Below, one piece after another: positions 20,113-29,836 of a DNA stretch of 64,000 nt. Below the pieces are notes generated by a model that was not told the DNA's origin, searched no databases, and saw only the letters and a list, made by a program, of their open reading frames with translations. The stretch's first letter is position 1. Each line of letters begins with the position of its first letter. The stretch spans positions 146,409 through 210,408 of the IMG/VR virus record IMGVR_UViG_3300046703_000335; one strand, 5' to 3'. Both the position numbers and the translations under genes were made by a program.

Positions 20113-20571
20113 TTATTCTTCGTTATCTTCTTCTTCGATCTCAAGTACTAACTCAACAGTAAACTTGATCACCTTCTTATCCTCATCAATATCTGGCATA
20201 TAATCAACCTGGTCTTCCCAGATATAATCATCAAAATCCTGATTCAAATCTGATATATCAAGATTAGCATATTTTTCTTTAAGAAAGGATGATAGTTTTG
20301 GATTGATCATTTTTTTAAGATCACCATCATGATCATCAACCCAATCCTGAAGTATTCTATTAAGTACCCTATAACTGTCCGGTGGTATACCATCATAAGT
20401 TATATGGATATCTGCCCATACTTCAATATTTGCTGAGAATTCCTCATCATTGTTTTCTACAACATTTTCTTCATCGATATCAATGTTTTCAAACTCAATA
20501 AAAGAGGCTTCTTTTAGCTTAAAATTTTCAGAAGCTTTTTTAGCCATAAAATCAACAACAGATGCTCTCAT
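20113..20571 (-). CDS. Acidic hypothetical protein
   Basis: 152 aa; KKAS and KEAS near the N-terminus. Confidence 0.55.
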   Translation of the reverse strand: MRASVVDFMAKKASENFKLKEASFIEFENIDIDEENVVENNDEEFSANIEVWADIHITYDGIPPDSYRVLNRILQDWVDDHDGDLKKMINPKLSSFLKEKYANLDISDLNQDFDDYIWEDQVDYMPDIDEDKKVIKFTVELVLEIEEEDNEE

Positions 20572-20573
20572 AA

Positions 20574-20774
20574 TTAAAATCCATGTTTGCTGTTAGTAAA
20601 ATTAGCATCATTTATTCCCGTATAACCCATATCCCACATTACAGGCTCAAGTGTCCCCATACCTGTTATGCCACCGGTTTCAGGGGTCACTTTATCAATG
20701 TTATAAAATACATTGATTTCATATGGTCCTATAGCAGGGGATATAGTCATCATTTTACCTTGATATACATCCAT
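20574..20774 (-). CDS. Small virion protein with G-x-T-G motifs
   Basis: 66 aa, tightly packed in the operon; GITG, GYTG. Confidence 0.5.
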   Translation of the reverse strand: MDVYQGKMMTISPAIGPYEINVFYNIDKVTPETGGITGMGTLEPVMWDMGYTGINDANFTNSKHGF

Positions 20775-20782
20775 ATTAATTC

Positions 20783-21085
20783 TTATCCTTTTTTAATTTC
20801 ATTCCCAATTATGCTGGCACAAAGAGACTTTAATGACTTTATATTGTCAGCATAAGTAAGAGCATCAACTGGACATTGTCTTAAAAAGTATGCTGTTTTC
20901 AACTTTTCTACCACATCTGAATTTTCAAAAAAGAAAAATACTTTTCTTTGGTCCTTAGTGGTATTTTTTATTTTACAACCAGAGGTTGCAAATAGAGCTG
21001 CAAGATAAAGGTCACACGTCTTATACCCATCCCGTGTATAAATCAAATCACCGTGTATATTATCGTTCATTTGATCACCTCTCAA
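20783..21085 (-). CDS. DUF5659-like small protein
   Basis: YKTCDLYLAALFATSG..KVFFFFEN pattern; likely start is ATG 21070. Confidence 0.5.
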   Translation of the reverse strand: MRGDQMNDNIHGDLIYTRDGYKTCDLYLAALFATSGCKIKNTTKDQRKVFFFFENSDVVEKLKTAYFLRQCPVDALTYADNIKSLKSLCASIIGNEIKKG

Positions 21086-21120
21086 TATTTTTTATTATAG
21101 ATGTTATTTTAAATTTAAAC

Positions 21121-21152
21121 AAAAATTGCCGAGGTCGATGTAACCCCGGCAA
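21121..21152 (-). terminator. Rho-independent terminator
   Basis: Minus strand TTGCCGGGGTT-ACAT-CGACCTCGGCAA followed by a T run. Confidence 0.65.
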
Positions 21153-21183
21153 CCTCAAAAATCATCAAGTCTTAAAAAAAGTC

Positions 21184-21609
21184 TTAAGCATTACCGTAAT
21201 AATACCCAGTTGAACCAGCTGCACCAGTTGAATACTTATCATTAGCCAGAAGATCCATGTAAGTATTGGTGAATCTGGAAGTACCTGTATCACCGATATC
21301 TTGACGAGGGACTTCATCAGCTGAAGTGTATGCACCTTCAGTAAGAACAAATGGTGCACCATTATGGTCTGTGAAGAGTGAGTTACTTGCTGCTGTCGAG
21401 AAATACTTCAGGACACCCTTTGCAAGACTATACAGAACGTTATCTGTAAGTTGAATAACTTTTGTTTCTCCCCACACGATATATTCATCTTGACCGCTGA
21501 GGTAATTACCTTCCTGGGCACCGCCAAGCTGACTTCTTTTGTCAAAATCAGTAAAATAAATTTTACCTACGTTTGTGCCAAAATATTGTACACGTAGTGT
21601 ATCAGCCAT
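21184..21609 (-). CDS. Probable virion structural protein, monocistronic
   Basis: 141 aa, AGGAGG RBS, own promoter motif and terminator; GDTG and GSTG motifs. Confidence 0.6.
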   Translation of the reverse strand: MADTLRVQYFGTNVGKIYFTDFDKRSQLGGAQEGNYLSGQDEYIVWGETKVIQLTDNVLYSLAKGVLKYFSTAASNSLFTDHNGAPFVLTEGAYTSADEVPRQDIGDTGTSRFTNTYMDLLANDKYSTGAAGSTGYYYGNA

Positions 21610-21683
21610 AAAAGCCTCCTTAGACTAAATCTTTTTGTTTGTATATAAAACCCTTTATCAGGGATCTTCAATAAAGGTAGCAT

Positions 21684-21698
21684 ATTAAGAGATTATTA
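21684..21698 (-). promoter_or_regulatory. Putative late promoter motif, perfect copy
   Basis: ATTAAGAGATTATTA, 75 nt upstream of ATG 21609. Confidence 0.7.
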
Positions 21699-21705
21699 TC
21701 TATGT

Positions 21706-21742
21706 AAAAAAAAAGGCCACTCATTTTATTGAGCAGCCTTTT
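21706..21742 (-). terminator. Terminator after glycosyltransferase gene
   Basis: A9-GGC..CTCA/TGAG..GCC-T5 imperfect hairpin with A/T tails on both sides. Confidence 0.55.
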
Positions 21743-21766
21743 TACATACACGTTTAATAACTGATA

Positions 21767-24700
21767 TTATTTTATGCCAAATTCCTTAAGCCATCCATCA
21801 GCTATTTTTCCCCAATTATACTCCTTCATCTTAGCATAAGCCCTATCAGCCCACATAAGCCTATAAGACTCATCAGAAAGCATCCTTATAGCTTCTGCTA
21901 CGAATCTATTAACATATGAAGTGGGATATTCACCATTGCGACTTAATCCATCAGGAGAAAGAAGTATCCCTGCTGATCCTACAGTAGTTTGCAAACCGGC
22001 GAAGTCAGTACTTACAATAGAACACTTAGATAATCCTGCAGCAACTGCTGTTATACAAAATGTTTCACTGAACCAGCTCGGATACAACCAAATCTTTGAT
22101 TCTTTCTCATATTCAGCCAATTGCTTCTTACTCACTCGATCAACATACTTTACACCAGGCTGATTCATTAGATTTTTTATATCTGCTATAAATTTCAGTC
22201 CCTCGACATCCTTCCGCATACGAGCCATGGATTCCCAATTAAAAAAGCCATAAGCTACGACAAGTTCAAAATCAGGGATCTCTTTTCTTATTTGAGGAAC
22301 CATCTTTAAAAGCTGGTATAAACCTCTATCGGGGCTTGAAGAATAAACAGCTTGATTCTTCTTTTTATATTTGTCAACATCGCTATATAGACTGAAATCC
22401 TGACCATTTGCAGTAAGGAACATCTTATCACTTATAATACCATGGTGACTCATAATAAATTCTTTATGCCACTCTGACAAATAAGCGTACTTATCTACAC
22501 GCCAAGTCATAATATCATAACTTTTATCTGGGGATAACCAAATATCATGAAATATGATATAGTTTCTTAAAGAATGAATATTTAATTTTAATGGTTCCGT
22601 CGATCGTGACGCTATGAAATAATCAATAACATCATATTCTACATCAGCCTGCATCTTAGTATGATCACGATAAACAACATCCCCAACCTTTTCTCCGACA
22701 TTATCAAAGACCGGATCAAGAACGATATCATCTTTACTGTCTGATAGTAAATCATTATAAATAGTGGTCTCAAAACCTTTTTTTACAAATTCCCGAGCAA
22801 GATATGATGCCCAAGTTTCTGATCCTGCCATACCCTCATCTACTTTTTGTTTATTCCAAGGCTCCCAAGCTGGACCTGTCCAAATTACTACTCGGGGTTT
22901 ATTCCATTTTGCCCTATATTTCATATGATTTTCAGCATCTTCTTTATTATAAGATTCTCTATTCTCTTCCTGGTAGGCACCTCGGCTTATTCCGCCATAA
23001 TGAAAAACAAAAGAATCTATAGCTTGACCTGTCACATATCCAAATTTTGATAATCGATTCATAAGGTCAAGATCTTCGCACCCATTAAGGAAGAGAGGAT
23101 CAAATAAGCTTACTTCATTTATTGCACAGCGAGCAAAAATAGTAGCGTATGCTGCCACCCATCCCTGACGGACAAAAACATCCTTATGCTTTTTGTTAGA
23201 ATACTCCATGAATTTATAGAGTTCTTCCACATAAGGTTTAATCTCATCAATTTTCATAGCTGGGTGAAGATCAATCTTTGATTTTTCTAAGAGCATCGAA
23301 TAAGATGGTTTACCTGGAGCGTCATGCAACCAGCCTCTGTCACAATTAGACAATACCCCACAAGAAGCTAATCGATCAACAGTCTCCATTTTATTTACAA
23401 GGCTAGTAAGCCAGCACTTTGACACTATAACATCTGAATTCAAAATTACAAAATATTTTGTATTAGAAGCTTTAATACCTGCGTTACAAGTCTCAGAAAA
23501 AGATAAGCGCTTATTTGGGTCACCTATAACAGTAATTCCTTTTAATGTCAGCAAGTAATCCCATGTCTCTTTATTACTACCTCCATCTGAGATAATGATG
23601 TGGAAAGGGTATAGGGTATTCATGAGAATAGAGCTTACACACATCTTAAGATATTCAACGTTATTATAGTTAGCAATAATGATATCTACTATGGATCTAT
23701 TTTTTACATCTATCTTTTCGGGAGGATCCGGAAATTTCATCTGATTATTAATAAGCTCTGTTAAAGTGCTAATCCACTGACTAGCAATAACTGGTAGACT
23801 ATACTCTCCTATAGAAGCTTTTCCAGCTTCTCCTATCTTCTTTCTCACGGTACTATCTTTCAACTTTATGAGAGCATTTTTCCACTCTTCTTTAGTATCA
23901 CATATAAAACCGTTTTCTCCATCCTTGATAATTTCTTTGTATGCCTGAAGTGGAGAACAAAGAACTGGGAGACCAAGAGCCATTGCTACAGTAGCTTTCA
24001 CAGAACTCTTTGCTGGTTGAACCTCAACACGTTGAGGGCACAATACCACATCACAGGCATTCATTACATCGACCCAGCCTTCCTCTGTCCAGCGATGAGT
24101 AGCATTATCCCATTCTGTACATAATACTATTTCATAACCTGCTTCTTCAATTGTATCTTTTAGATATTCATTTACAAGCCAGGAATTTCCACCCATACCC
24201 ACATAAACTGCCTTAGGCTTTAGATATCGATTTTCATATACTGCTTTATCAGATGTTTTCTCCACTGCATCCTTAAGGACTACTGTCTTCATAAAACCAT
24301 GTTCATTAGTAATCTCTTTAAGCTTGGTAGAACAGCAGGTGATAAGATCAACCTCTTCCATACATTCCCGTTCAAACGGAAAATTGAATAAAGCCTCACA
24401 ATGATCAAAGACACATTTTATATCTGAGGATTTAAGATGCTTCATTATTTCAAGATCTTCTTTACCAAACTGAGTAAAAATAGCTACAGTTGCATCTCCT
24501 ACCTTGTTTCTTGTTTCATAGATATTATTACCGTAGTAATTAGAAATGATTGTGCTATCAATACCCATATCTACCAGTTGCTGGCAGATATTAAACCTTC
24601 TTAATCGGATAGAAGGATTCGTTAGATCAAGTGTGGGAATAAACCACACTATTTTAATATCGCGAATTTTATTCAATCTTATGTCACAAAAATCGAGGTT

Positions 24701-25888
24701 ATTCCGGAGAACACTCATATTAAGATCATTTTTCTGCAAAAATTCTTTTAATTTAGAAATGTCTTCTTCCTGGAGCACCATTCCTTTTGACAAACGATTC
24801 ATTTCGATATTCGTAATCTTAAGAAGTTCGCTCATCTGTTCATTACCGGGTTTATGCGTAAGAGCAAGTGTACAATATTTTACTACACTGTCATATTCTT
24901 TTCTGTTGTAATAAATAAGAGCCAGTTTAGCTGCTGGAATAAATCCATAATAGTCAATTATCTGAGACATTCCTCCTTCAAGCTTTTTATTAAGAGCTTC
25001 TTTATAATATGATACTGCGGTGTCTGTATCATTCTCTTGCTCAAAGATATTTCCAAGAACCACGTAATTCTCAGCATAAATGCTATTGAATCTAATACCT
25101 TTTAGTGCATAATTTTTTGATGAGGAATAATCAGATTTTTCAAAATAGTATCTTGATAATTTTATACATGCTGTAGTAAGATTATCCGCAAAATCAGCCC
25201 CCTTTTTTATATACGGATCAAGTACCGATATTGCTTTTTCCCACATTCCAAAATCAGCCAGTTCTTTACCATAATAAAATTTTATTCGCTCTGAACAATC
25301 TCCCGTTTCATATACTTTTTTGAGAGCCTCTATATTGCGAGCGGGATTATGTACTCTAACCCTATAATGATCAATATTGATATTTTCCCGATGTAATCTA
25401 TTGGGGGGGACATCCAAATTCATATACTCGTGTATGGGGTCATGCCATTTTATATGCTCACAATTTTTTACTATTCTTTCTCTAGGGAGAATTAGTACTG
25501 GAGCATCCTTCTCATCATGGCTATATACGTAGTTAAGAATTATAATATCCCAAGCACTTATCTTTGGCTTCAATACCTGCAGTCTCATATACTCTGAAGG
25601 CCTCAAAACATCGTCAGAGTCTAACCACATGATATATTGAGATGTATTATTACTAAAAGAGAAGTTTCTCGCAGCTGAGAAATCAGAAATCCATTTAAAG
25701 AAAAATGTCTTAGCACCATAACTTTCAGCTAAAGACTTTATCTCTGGGTCCTCTTTTTCCATAGCAAGAGTTATTACTATCTCGTCAAATAGTTCACCTT
25801 GACAACTTTTAAGACATCTATCTAAAACATCCTTATCATCAGGACCTACAATAATATTCAAACCCAATAAAGGGGTGCGTATACTCAT
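21767..25888 (-). CDS. Multidomain glycosyltransferase: GT2 + TPR + GT4-like + GT2 + GT4-like
   Basis: DFSAARNFSF..WLDSDD..IHEY (GT2 of SunS/flagellin-GT type); TPR helices; GT-B domain with AMALGLPVLCS..GENGFI; second GT2 IIIANYN..LNSDV..GCEDLD; last GT-B SSPDRGL..YPSWFSETFCIT. Confidence 0.85.
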   Translation of the reverse strand: MSIRTPLLGLNIIVGPDDKDVLDRCLKSCQGELFDEIVITLAMEKEDPEIKSLAESYGAKTFFFKWISDFSAARNFSFSNNTSQYIMWLDSDDVLRPSEYMRLQVLKPKISAWDIIILNYVYSHDEKDAPVLILPRERIVKNCEHIKWHDPIHEYMNLDVPPNRLHRENINIDHYRVRVHNPARNIEALKKVYETGDCSERIKFYYGKELADFGMWEKAISVLDPYIKKGADFADNLTTACIKLSRYYFEKSDYSSSKNYALKGIRFNSIYAENYVVLGNIFEQENDTDTAVSYYKEALNKKLEGGMSQIIDYYGFIPAAKLALIYYNRKEYDSVVKYCTLALTHKPGNEQMSELLKITNIEMNRLSKGMVLQEEDISKLKEFLQKNDLNMSVLRNNLDFCDIRLNKIRDIKIVWFIPTLDLTNPSIRLRRFNICQQLVDMGIDSTIISNYYGNNIYETRNKVGDATVAIFTQFGKEDLEIMKHLKSSDIKCVFDHCEALFNFPFERECMEEVDLITCCSTKLKEITNEHGFMKTVVLKDAVEKTSDKAVYENRYLKPKAVYVGMGGNSWLVNEYLKDTIEEAGYEIVLCTEWDNATHRWTEEGWVDVMNACDVVLCPQRVEVQPAKSSVKATVAMALGLPVLCSPLQAYKEIIKDGENGFICDTKEEWKNALIKLKDSTVRKKIGEAGKASIGEYSLPVIASQWISTLTELINNQMKFPDPPEKIDVKNRSIVDIIIANYNNVEYLKMCVSSILMNTLYPFHIIISDGGSNKETWDYLLTLKGITVIGDPNKRLSFSETCNAGIKASNTKYFVILNSDVIVSKCWLTSLVNKMETVDRLASCGVLSNCDRGWLHDAPGKPSYSMLLEKSKIDLHPAMKIDEIKPYVEELYKFMEYSNKKHKDVFVRQGWVAAYATIFARCAINEVSLFDPLFLNGCEDLDLMNRLSKFGYVTGQAIDSFVFHYGGISRGAYQEENRESYNKEDAENHMKYRAKWNKPRVVIWTGPAWEPWNKQKVDEGMAGSETWASYLAREFVKKGFETTIYNDLLSDSKDDIVLDPVFDNVGEKVGDVVYRDHTKMQADVEYDVIDYFIASRSTEPLKLNIHSLRNYIIFHDIWLSPDKSYDIMTWRVDKYAYLSEWHKEFIMSHHGIISDKMFLTANGQDFSLYSDVDKYKKKNQAVYSSSPDRGLYQLLKMVPQIRKEIPDFELVVAYGFFNWESMARMRKDVEGLKFIADIKNLMNQPGVKYVDRVSKKQLAEYEKESKIWLYPSWFSETFCITAVAAGLSKCSIVSTDFAGLQTTVGSAGILLSPDGLSRNGEYPTSYVNRFVAEAIRMLSDESYRLMWADRAYAKMKEYNWGKIADGWLKEFGIK

Positions 25889-26061
25889 GCGTACACCTCA
25901 CGTATATTTTCAAGTCCTGTAAATCCTTCAAATTTCTTTCTATTAATATAGTCATCAATTGCACGTCTTATAATCTCAGCACGAGGTACCCCCGTAAGTT
26001 CAGATATTACTCGAAGACCATGTATCTCACCATCGGTAAGATGAAAATTCACTCTTTCCAT
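25885..26061 (-). CDS. Ribbon-helix-helix (CopG-type) regulator, 58 aa (not in ORF track)
   Basis: MERVNFHLTDGEIHGLRVISELTGVPRAEIIRRAIDDYINRKK...; AGGAG RBS; its stop overlaps the GT start (ATGA). Confidence 0.8.
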   Translation of the reverse strand: MERVNFHLTDGEIHGLRVISELTGVPRAEIIRRAIDDYINRKKFEGFTGLENIREVYA

Positions 26062-26075
26062 TAAAAACTCCTATA

Positions 26076-26104
26076 TATAGGTAAGTACCATATACTTACC
26101 TATA
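26076..26104. promoter_or_regulatory. 12-bp inverted repeat, candidate RHH operator
   Basis: TATAGGTAAGTA-ccata-TACTTACCTATA between the promoter motif and the RBS of the RHH gene. Confidence 0.55.
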
Positions 26105-26112
26105 GAAAAGAT

Positions 26113-26127
26113 ATTAAGAGATTATTA
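26113..26127 (-). promoter_or_regulatory. Putative late promoter motif, perfect copy
   Basis: ATTAAGAGATTATTA, 52 nt upstream of ATG 26061. Confidence 0.7.
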
Positions 26128-26156
26128 ATTTTTAAAAATTATTAGAGAAAGGAAAT

Positions 26157-26609
26157 TTATACTGCGGCTTCTTTAGCAGCTTTCCACTTCCTGTCATCGA
26201 TACCGGAGATCTTTGAAATATTTTTTTCTTGAGTAATGAGAGGTTCATATGATTTAGTACTCAAACCAGCTTCTGAGGCTAATTTACTAGCATCTGACCA
26301 AGATTCTGTCTCTACCCCTGCAACATTGGGTTTTAATTTAGTCCCACCTGAACCATAGCGTTCGATTTGGCGAATTTCAAGTTCAGTATTCTGCTTCCTT
26401 TTATCCCGACTGATCTTATACGTCTGAGCCTCTGTCCATTGCTTGAAAAAAAATCCACCATTTAAATTTAGAGATATCAGGCGTTCCATCTTTACTTCCT
26501 TATGACCCTCTTCACATCGAGGGCATAAGATATCGGGGGTTTCTTTAATGGAATGAATAACTTCTTGTATCAAGCTACAGCTATTACATCTGTACTCGTA
26601 GGTAGGCAT
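26157..26609 (-). CDS. FmdB-family zinc-ribbon protein
   Basis: MPTYEYRCNSC...CPRC..MERLIS. Confidence 0.75.
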   Translation of the reverse strand: MPTYEYRCNSCSLIQEVIHSIKETPDILCPRCEEGHKEVKMERLISLNLNGGFFFKQWTEAQTYKISRDKRKQNTELEIRQIERYGSGGTKLKPNVAGVETESWSDASKLASEAGLSTKSYEPLITQEKNISKISGIDDRKWKAAKEAAV

Positions 26610-26629
26610 ATCTTAACTCCTATGTAATA

Positions 26630-26929
26630 TTATATTAATGATAATTTTAATTTAAATGTTTCATGTTGATTTATAAACCATATACCATTCTCTTTTACCG
26701 AAGGAAGGTATTTCAGATAAGCTGTTCTGAATATACCAATACCCTGATGAACATAGTCAAATTTTACTTCATCAGAAAAAGTTAAGACTATTTTTTTAAT
26801 TATGTCAGGATTGGCATAAATCATTCCAACGATATCATCGTGGAATTCTATGTAGTTAAAAGCACAATCAATCGCTTTTGAAAAAAGATTCTTATCAAAT
26901 TCGATAAGATATACGGGTAGATCATTCAT
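26630..26929 (-). CDS. Hypothetical protein
   Basis: 99-aa ORF with GGAG RBS in operon. Confidence 0.5.
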   Translation of the reverse strand: MNDLPVYLIEFDKNLFSKAIDCAFNYIEFHDDIVGMIYANPDIIKKIVLTFSDEVKFDYVHQGIGIFRTAYLKYLPSVKENGIWFINQHETFKLKLSLI

Positions 26930-26958
26930 TAATACTCCATTTTATATATATCTGTTTT

Positions 26959-28518
26959 TTATTTTATCGCTGGTCGTACTTTCGTTGGTCTTTTCATTCT
27001 TCCAGGATTTTTAACTTTCTTTGGTATAGTGGTAGGCATCCAATCAGGAGCTTCATTATTAACAACATCCACTTCACCAGTACCTATAGTACCATCATCA
27101 AGCTCTGGGATAACCTGAGCTTCAGCAGGATTATCCTTATCTATAACCTGATCCATTAACTCAAATCCCTCGTCGACAAGCCTCTTTGATATATACCCAC
27201 CGCTTTGACGTTTTAAGTATGCTTCTTCTATGAGTATAAAAAATACTCTTTCAGGAAACATACTGAATTCTTTAAGAGATTTTAATTTTTGTTCATCTGT
27301 CCGAGGGAACCAGGTATTCTGAAACCAATCAATAACTGTTGGCATAAAACTTTCTCTTTTAAAATACCCAGGCACTTTAGGACTTGAAGATAATAACCTA
27401 TTCTTTACATCTTTTTCTGTAAAAGGAAATTTCATCATCTTTTCCCATGCCGTTACATCAATTTTCTTGGATGGTGGAGAATATACAGGATAATTCTTAT
27501 AATGTACTTCTATGGGAGTATTCTTTATCTCATCAAAAACTGCAAGTATATGCTTACATACTCTCGCATTTTTACCCCTACCAGGGTTTCTTTTCCCATT
27601 AGGATATCTTTGACTTTTAGAAACAGTATATTGACCAGGTTCTTTCGGAGCAACTAAATCAGGTTTAAACGCAGGCATATACATGTAATTGTCTTTAACA
27701 GCATAATACTGAGCTCCGCTATACAAAAAAGCGGGGCAGGTACAACCAATATGTACAGGATAATCGACATACTTGGTTGCATCTATTTTATCATCTCTTA
27801 AAAACTGTAGATAGACACTATGCGTCCCATATCTGGATCCCGGGGAGGTTACTCTAAAAGTAAATAACCCACGTTCATATTGTTTAGGGTTATTTTTATT
27901 TGACCATATAGCCCTACACTTATTAGCACGCTGCAATTTTAAATCATTTTTATAATGATAATCTTTTTCAATTATCTCATCAAGAGATGCTGCAACTTTA
28001 CACCTCATAACAAATTCATTGAAGTCATTACCTGATATAGTAAGATTAGCTAAAAGTTCTTCCGGAATAATATCAGAAGATAATTTTCTGGTAAGACTTA
28101 TAGCAGGCTGTTGTTGATCCTCATCTGTAGTAAAATCCTGCTCTCTTGATTTTCTCCATTCTTCTAAAACGCCCCCCTCACTATATATTTTTGGGGTATT
28201 AAAGTACCCAAATTGAGTAGGATCTGAAATAGCGTTCTCAAAAGGGGGGGAGTCCTCCTGATCTTTTGGTTTATCAGAAGGACTATCATAATCATATGGA
28301 TCAGTTGTACTAAAAGAAGTATCAAGATGTTCCTTGCCTTTAAGCATATCAGGAACGGGATTATCTGGACCATGTGTAGTTTTAGCTTTATCCTTAAGAT
28401 ATTCCATCCAGGATTTATCAGTGTCTGTAGATACTTCTCCTGGTAAGTCATAATTCGGAGGACAATCCTCCGGTTTTTCGAAATATCTTGCTAAAACTCT
28501 TCTGACCCTTATATCCAT
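26959..28518 (-). CDS. SWIM zinc-finger protein
   Basis: HIGCTCPAFLY...VCKHILAVF (CxC..CxH); 519 aa. Confidence 0.7.
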   Translation of the reverse strand: MDIRVRRVLARYFEKPEDCPPNYDLPGEVSTDTDKSWMEYLKDKAKTTHGPDNPVPDMLKGKEHLDTSFSTTDPYDYDSPSDKPKDQEDSPPFENAISDPTQFGYFNTPKIYSEGGVLEEWRKSREQDFTTDEDQQQPAISLTRKLSSDIIPEELLANLTISGNDFNEFVMRCKVAASLDEIIEKDYHYKNDLKLQRANKCRAIWSNKNNPKQYERGLFTFRVTSPGSRYGTHSVYLQFLRDDKIDATKYVDYPVHIGCTCPAFLYSGAQYYAVKDNYMYMPAFKPDLVAPKEPGQYTVSKSQRYPNGKRNPGRGKNARVCKHILAVFDEIKNTPIEVHYKNYPVYSPPSKKIDVTAWEKMMKFPFTEKDVKNRLLSSSPKVPGYFKRESFMPTVIDWFQNTWFPRTDEQKLKSLKEFSMFPERVFFILIEEAYLKRQSGGYISKRLVDEGFELMDQVIDKDNPAEAQVIPELDDGTIGTGEVDVVNNEAPDWMPTTIPKKVKNPGRMKRPTKVRPAIK

Positions 28519-28519
28519 T

Positions 28520-29794
28520 TTACACTTCCGCTAAAAGATCATTAAGATCAATATCATCGTCCTTGGCATAAATTACTTCTGCCTCTGAAGCATCAAAGGG
28601 GGTATCTTCACCTGAAGAATACACTGCGGTAGGTTCCTCAAAATCATTATTCGATGAAAAAGTAACCTCACCAGCATCAACTTCACCAGAAGCACCTACA
28701 GTCACTCTCGAAGTGATTCCATCTTCAGTTTGAATACTTGACCTTGTATCTCGGGATACCTTACTTATCACAACAGCTTCCTGACCTTCAGTAATAACTG
28801 TGACCCCTTTAGCTACTGTAGGTTTAGTATCCACTATAATTGGAGCACTATCGATAAGTTCTTCAACAGAATCTGTAACATTCATAACCGGAGCATTAGA
28901 AGTAATTTTAGCAGGAGCCTTCTTAGCAGGAGCCTTCTTAACAGGAGCCTTCTTAGCAGGAGCTTTTTTAACCGGAACCTTATTAGAAGAAACCTTATGT
29001 TGTTCCATCTGAGCCTGAGTACTTGACCCTACATCTGTTGTTTGTGTCGATGGGTAAGATGTCCCAGCAACTTCTACATCAGTAGCAAATGTTTCCATTT
29101 TTACAGGAGCTTTAACTACATTACTTTTATTATTCGATGTCTTACGAACTTCTACACCAGATGATTCATAATCAATAGTTAATTTTTTTCTATCCTCAGT
29201 ACTGGCTTGTTTACCTGTATAATTTGTTGCTTTGGCAACATTACCTTCATGAGATAACGTTGCACTTTTTGCATTAGTATTGCTGCCAATAGCTACGCTA
29301 TCCTTATTTGTAACTGGAGCGCCATCATAAGCAGATACTTTTCTAACTTCATTGGCATCCTCGTTAACAACAGTAACTTCTCTTTTAATATCATCCAGAT
29401 CACTGGTAACTTCTCTTTTACCATTAACCAATTTAATCTCAGGTGTCTTATCATAACCCTTTAAAAGTTTATCGATGCTATCACTGGGAGGATTCTGTAT
29501 TCCAACGAGGGGATCAGAAGTGTAATCACTATGCTCTACAACCCTACCTCCTGTAGCATTACGAGATACAGATGCAAGCTGCTTCTCGACAGGTTTTAAT
29601 GATGTCCCCGTAAGAGCTATCCATTCCCCTACTACTTTAGATAATGAACGTGCGGTACCCTGCTCCCCACGAAGTATCACATTAAGACCATCAAATTGTA
29701 AAATCTCCCCTCTTTTTACATAGAGAGAAGTCTTACCATTATCCAGACTTACGGTAAAATCCTGAAGTGCTGAGTATTCCTTTAAATTTGACAT
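28520..29794 (-). CDS. Low-complexity protein with histone-H1-like KKAP(A/V) repeats
   Basis: KVPVKKAPAKKAPVKKAPAKKAPAK; acidic C-terminus. Confidence 0.6.
   Translation of the reverse strand: MSNLKEYSALQDFTVSLDNGKTSLYVKRGEILQFDGLNVILRGEQGTARSLSKVVGEWIALTGTSLKPVEKQLASVSRNATGGRVVEHSDYTSDPLVGIQNPPSDSIDKLLKGYDKTPEIKLVNGKREVTSDLDDIKREVTVVNEDANEVRKVSAYDGAPVTNKDSVAIGSNTNAKSATLSHEGNVAKATNYTGKQASTEDRKKLTIDYESSGVEVRKTSNNKSNVVKAPVKMETFATDVEVAGTSYPSTQTTDVGSSTQAQMEQHKVSSNKVPVKKAPAKKAPVKKAPAKKAPAKITSNAPVMNVTDSVEELIDSAPIIVDTKPTVAKGVTVITEGQEAVVISKVSRDTRSSIQTEDGITSRVTVGASGEVDAGEVTFSSNNDFEEPTAVYSSGEDTPFDASEAEVIYAKDDDIDLNDLLAEV
28908..28982. repeat. 15-bp tandem repeat, about 5 copies, coding KKAP(A/V)
   Basis: Unit approximately ttagcaggagccttc. 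Confidence 0.8.
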
Positions 29795-29836
29795 ATCTGT
29801 ATCTCCTTTTTATGTTATTATGATTTGATTTATATG

